Source: a virus
Lineage: Duplodnaviria; Caudoviricetes
Strand: one strand, 5' to 3'
Length of the DNA: 26,384 nt
Virus record (IMG/VR): IMGVR_UViG_3300024518_001245
Location: 1 to 26,384 of that record
Positions 1 to 6,000 of the stretch are shown here, piece by piece (position 1 is the first letter of the stretch; each line of letters begins with the position of its first letter). A program made the translations under genes and the position numbers. Below the pieces are notes generated by a model. It did not search any database and was not told where the DNA came from. It saw only the letters and a program-made list of their open reading frames with translations.

Positions 1-3000
1 CACTTCGCTGACGGCGTCCCTGAACCGGTTGTCGCTAACGACCTTCCACGCATCTCGCACGAACTCGCGATGCGTGACGTCATGGATGACCTGTGCGATG
101 TGCTTCGGGATAAGACTCGTCGACAGTAAGAGCGGGCCTTTGTACTTGGTTCGGCCCTTCGTGTACGAGTTCGAGGTCGAGTACTTGATGAAGTTCGACT
201 CTGCTCCGGGGAAGAGCGTTGCGAACTCGTTGGTGATCGCATCGATCGCGTTCGGCGGCGCGGTCAGTCTGTTGCCTTCATCGTCTATGGCGTTCGAGAC
301 GCTCGGCTCGGGATCATAAACGACGGGGTAGTACCCGCCTCGCATTTCCTTTCCGCCGGGCGTGATGAAGGGGAGAGCCTCCACTCGTCCAGGAGCGACG
401 CCTGTCAGTCGCTTGTACAGAGCTTCGACTTTGCCCCATATAGACCCAACCGAATCCCAAACTGTCTGCACTGCGTCCCATTGGGTGTCGGACAGGTTCG
501 TCAATATTTCCTTGAGCTGCTCTTCGGTCCACCCGTACCCTTCCATCAGCTTCTCTCTGTTCGAGATGTTGCCGAGGTTGAGGGCGACGGAGATGACCCA
601 TTCGCCGGACACAGACTCTTGCACGAAGTTTCCGTCAGCGTCTTCGTTGCCAACGAAGCTGAAAGTGAACTGCCGCTTGAAGAAGTTCTGGTTGCTAGTC
701 GTCAGATCTCCCATGGCTTTCGTGATCTTGACCGTGAACTCTTTGTGCATGTCGAGTTCGAGCGCCTGGGCCTCGGCCGCAGGAGTGAAGAGCATGCGCC
801 TAGCGATGCCGCCGATGTCGCCTCCGTCTAGCCACTCAACGACTTGCTCTATCTTCAAGAAGTTCGAGTCCAGGCCGCGCAGCTTCTTGCGGAGATCGTC
901 GCGAAGAGAGGGGTCCTTCTTTAGAGGCTTGGCCTTGACTCCATTGTCCTTGATCGACCCCGAAAGCTGATCCATCGCATCGTTGAAGTCGACTCTCCTG
1001 GTGCCGTCCTGGATGGTCGCTTCGTCGCGAGCGATGCGCTCGATGTTCTTCACTGAGTTCACCAGCGACCTGAAGTCTTGAACCGACATCAGCTTGAAGT
1101 TCTGAATCGCACCATCTTCTCCGAAGCGGTCATCGATCGACGACGTCTCGGCGCCCTCCGTCTCGCGGCCTTGCTTGTACGCGAGGATGTTTTGATCGGC
1201 CCTGATGAGGTCGAGGTTCTTCTTCGACAGATTCCTAGTGTCGACCGATGCGAGCAGCCGGACGATCTGCTTCCAATGATCAGCACCCTCTCGGTCGGCC
1301 TTCTGCACAGCCTCGCGCACGCGCTTCTTCTTGAAGCGGTTGAGATAATTCACGCCCTTCTTCGTCTCCGACTTTGCGTTGAGCGCGGCCCGCTCAGCAT
1401 GAGCGTGATAAAGCCGGCGGCGCATAGCGCTCTCGACCTCGTCCATGTTGTGCTCAGCGATAGCGCGCTCGATGTCCTTCCTAGCGCGAGCTTCGGCCGC
1501 CCGGTGAATCCCTGGCCGGACGTCGACGTTGGCTGTGCCTTCGATCTCCTCAACCGCCGCGGCCTTGAGCAGTTTCGAGATCTCGCGGACCTGTCGCCGG
1601 GCAGACGCCACTCCGCGCCTCCTGGCAGATTCAGCCCTGCGCGCCAACACGCCGGCCTCCTGAGCCGCCACAGCAGATTCAAGCTCGATGCCCCTCTGGC
1701 GGATCAAGTCTTCGTCCTGGGCCTCTCGCGCAGCCTCAAGACGCTTCTGAGCTTCAGCTACGAGGGTACGAGCGCCTTCGGCAGTCGGCGCACCCTCTTC
1801 TGCGATCTGGCGGTCTGCCGCGGTGTTGATCGGGTTGCGGTTCCGACGCCTGAGCCGCTTCATCTGCGATAGCTCGAACTCCAGCATCTTGATCTTGGCG
1901 CCGCCGCTGGCGAGGACGTCGGCCACGGCCTTCTCGATCTGGTCCTCTTCCGTGCCGAGGATCTCTTCCTCGCGCTGTATCTGGGCGTCAGCCAGCTCTT
2001 TCGTCGCCTTCCCTATGGGCTTGAGCCTGGAGAGCGCCAGTATCATCTCGCGGGCACTGGCGAACTTGAACAGCGCTGCGACCTCTCTCGGATCACTGCC
2101 GCCGCCCTTCGTCCAGAGCGCGCCTTTGCCTCTGCCGAGCCCGGCCACTATCCCGGCCCAGTCTTCGAAATTGCCGAGCAGCTCTTCGACCATCTGGCGG
2201 TTGAGCTTCACGCCGCCGGCCGCGTCTATAGGTCCGTCGAGCACGGGCTCGGTCAGCCATTCGCCATTAGTCTGAAGCCAGTGGTGAGCTTGATACTCCC
2301 TGGTCTCCTTCAGGGCTTCCCTTATCTGGCGGAAGACAGTCTTGTAGTGCTCCGAGTTCTTTCGCTTGATCTTGCGGGCCTGCGCCTTCTTGACGTCAGC
2401 CATGATCTCTTCGTCGGCTTCTTCTTCGATGGCGATTGCTTGCTGCTCATACGCTGCGCGTTCCGTGTCGGTCCAGCCGAGCGCGGTAACAAGACTCTCT
2501 ATGATGCCGCCACCGTTTTGCGCGTTGACCTGGGCGATCTCCTGGCGAGACGAGATCATCCTCTCCATGACGCCAGTGATCTCATCGCTCAGGTTCACGC
2601 CGAGCGCCTTCTTCACGTCGGTATAGATCTCGCGCAACCAAGCCTTGAAGTTCCTGAACGGACCCTTCAATGCTTCGTTCGGAGCCTTGCCTGCGGAGAG
2701 GTAGGTCTCAAAACCTCTAGCGAAATATTCATGCATCGCTATGGCTACCGTGTTCTCTGGCGTCGACTGCTCCGACAGACCGATAGCCATAGCCTTGGCC
2801 TGCACCCTGACGAACGATGCGCCGCGGGCGCGCTTAACATCTTCGAACATCTCGGGCGTTATCCGACTACCGTCCCGCTTCGACTCGTCTTCGATCCACG
2901 CATAGATTTTGTCAGCGCTCTCGACGAGCCAATTGCTGATGCGACCGTAGTCGAGAACGAGTTCGTCCATCGCGCCGCCCTGGCCGGCGAGGTACGCCAT

Positions 3001-6000
3001 GGTGTGCAGGTATAGATGCGCGCTCTCGTGCAGGAACGTGGAGTTGTCCATGCCGGGGTAGAAGGTGATCTCGCCTCCACCTTCGGGATTGAACCTGATC
3101 GATCCACGATCCGTTCGCGACGCTTCACCAGGAGGCCCAACGGACGAAGGCTGATTCAGGATCTTGGGGTCGTTAGGATCAAACGTGCCTCGGTTGTGGA
3201 CGCTCTTGATCTGCCCGGGCTCGAACGCAACGAAGTGAACCGTGTCCGGGAAGACTCCGTCCATGTTCCTGAACTTGTCGCCAACCGTGCTGTCGATGAT
3301 CCCGTCGAAGCCCATCTTCTCCATCACCTGCTTGAAGAATTCTCCAGGGATAACGCTCAGGTCATTGTCGTAATCGGAAGCGTAAGCGGACGAGTCGGAA
3401 TTCTTGAACGTGGCAAGGACATCGGAGGCCGACACTTCTTCGCCACCGTCTTCGAAGATCTCGGAGATCAGCAGGTCCGGATCGACCTCGTCAAACTCGT
3501 AGCCGACCTCGCGAATGGCTTCCATCAAATCGATCGCGGTGCCGGACTCGCTGATGACGTCACCGTCTTCGTTGTATTCGATGTTGAACTCGAAGTACGT
3601 CTCGGGAGCCTTGTGCGCCTGGACCCCGATGACGACCGGGTTCTTGATCGCCATGTAGACAGGCATGACCGCACCTTCGTGCTCGCCGGCTATCTCCTCC
3701 CTCGCTCGCGCGTGGGCGTCTTCGGTCGACAGCGTGCCGAACTCCTGGTCGATGAGAGACTCGGCCCGATCCTCTATCCTGCGAGAGAGGTCTGCCCCGA
3801 AGCCGGCGTAGTTCACGTTCGCGTCGCCGGCCGAGCTTGTCGCATAGAAGCCGCGGCCGAGGTCGTTGTTCGCGTTCGAGTTGTCTAGCGAGAACTCGTC
3901 GAAGTCATGCGTCGTCGCATGATAGATGACAAGAGGCTCGCCATTCTCGTCGAGGACTTTCGACCCTTCGAAGTACGCTTTGAATTCCTCAGTATCAGTC
4001 TTGACGGCTGCGCCCTGGCTGAGCGTGACTGCTCGCGGCTCGCCTTCCTTCATCCTCCGGATCTCTTCCGCCTGGATAGCCTCGGCTTCATCCGGATCAT
4101 TGACGACGACGCCTTCGGTTCCGAGATAGGGGCCGACATAGTCGGGGTCATAGACCATATACACAACGTCGGGCCGACCATCGTTATACTTGGAGAAGAC
4201 CGAGTGGTCCCAATCGGGGGGTGCGAACTCGTCGCTCCACGCCATGCGAGCGACAACCCTCAAGCCCATGTCGGCATACATGCCGGGCAGGACGGTATCG
4301 AACGCGTCGCTCTTCTCGCCGCCCTCCTGGATGCTGAGCATCTGCATGGACGGGGCTGCGCCGCGGTGAGGAGAGTCGGCCGCGATGAAGAGACTTACGA
4401 AGTCGTTGCCTTTAAGCGCTGCGCCGGCAGTGCCATCGCTCGTAACGAAGAGCCGCATCGCTGCGTATTCTTCGACGTCATACACGTAGACCGATGCGCC
4501 GAAGCGGTTGGCCTCCTTGCCGGCCTGGATCGAGTCGCGAAAGAACTGCGCCGCTTCGGTACCTGAAACTTCATACAGGTCCGGAGCGGGCAGCCCGAGC
4601 TTCGCGAAGCCTGCTCTCGTGTCAGGCTCCGGGGAGTGTAGAGTTGCTTGGACGCCTTCGCTTAGAAACCCAAGAGCTTGCGCTGCTCCAGCATCTCCTC
4701 GTCGGAAAGGCCCAGTCGGTCCTGCGTCTCCTTCAGCATCTCTTTGCTGTACCGATCGACGGAACTCGATAAGGGACTGTCGCCGACTTTGGTCTTCGTC
4801 GGGAGAAGGCGACTGCGCGAGGAAGGCTGAACTTCCTGCCCCGCTGGCAGCAGCTCCTCCCTCGTCTCGAACGTCTCGTTGAACTGCAGATTCTGCGGCA
4901 GCGAAGCTTCCGTCTCCGCGTCCAACTCCTGCAACGGGTCCGCTTCCGGGTTCGACAACGCCAGATAGTTCTCCCGCGTAGGTCGAAGCTCCAGCTTCTG
5001 CAACGCCACGAGAATCGGATCCGACCCACTCTGGTTGGCCGAGCTTTCCTGCGGACTCATATATTTGCTCCCTTGCTTGGTCTAGTGTTATTCGGCCAGA
5101 AGCATAGCTATCCCAAACCTTTTCTGCCGCCTTGAGTGATTTCGCGCTCTTCTTCTTGTCCGGGAAGAGCACACGTGCGGCCTCCCACGTGATGGACTGC
5201 ATCTCCCTGGGCAGTAGCTGCCGCTCTGCTGCCGCCTCTCGATACGCCTGAGCGTATAGGGCGTAGACGCCAGCGATGCCGAGGTCGCCATTCTTAGACG
5301 ATCCCTTGGCCGACCCAAAGTTGTGGCCGACAGCCAGGGCCTTCGCCGCGTACGGCATCATCATAGCGATAGCAACTGCATGCGTATCGATGGTCACGTC
5401 GGAGCCGGCATCGGGCGTCAAGATGTTGTTGAAGAAGTTCCTGACCTTGTGTCCGTTGCCGAGCTGCTCGTTGATGTTCTCTTTGGTGGGGTTGCGAATG
5501 ATCGAGATAGCCTTGCCGATCTCCGCGTAAGATCCCCAGGCGACCTTCGAGTTCGTGCTCCCATCATCATTCTTAGAGAAGCCGCCGAAGCCGCCCTCTG
5601 GCGTGATGATTCGGAACCCCTTGTCGTTGAAGGTCTCGTCATACATACGCACCCATGCAGCTGCGTGCTCATCGCTTTGCTCCGCAGCCTCTGCGAGGGT
5701 GAGCCCGTCTACGGCTGACACCAGCAAGTTGAACTTGTCGATCGTCTTCTGCGACGTCCCGTTCGGCTTCTCGTTAGACTTCAAGTAGCCAGCCATTATG
5801 TCGCCGGCCTTGCTAAGCATCTCGGGACCGAACGTCGTGTCCTGCTGGCCCTGCCAGATGACGATAGTGCGCTCTGCTAGCGAAGCGTTCTGGAACCAAT
5901 CTTTTTGCGGAGACAGCACCGCCATCGCTCCAGCGATCTGGTCAGGCGGCAAGCCGAAACGACGTGACCAAGCATCGGCTATCTTGCGAGCGCCGGAGTA

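Noticed and set aside
4733-5029. Third minus-strand frame also open (98 aa, Arg/Cys-rich)
   Set aside because: Extreme Arg/Ser/Cys composition and no evident RBS; likely a by-product of double coding in the other two frames
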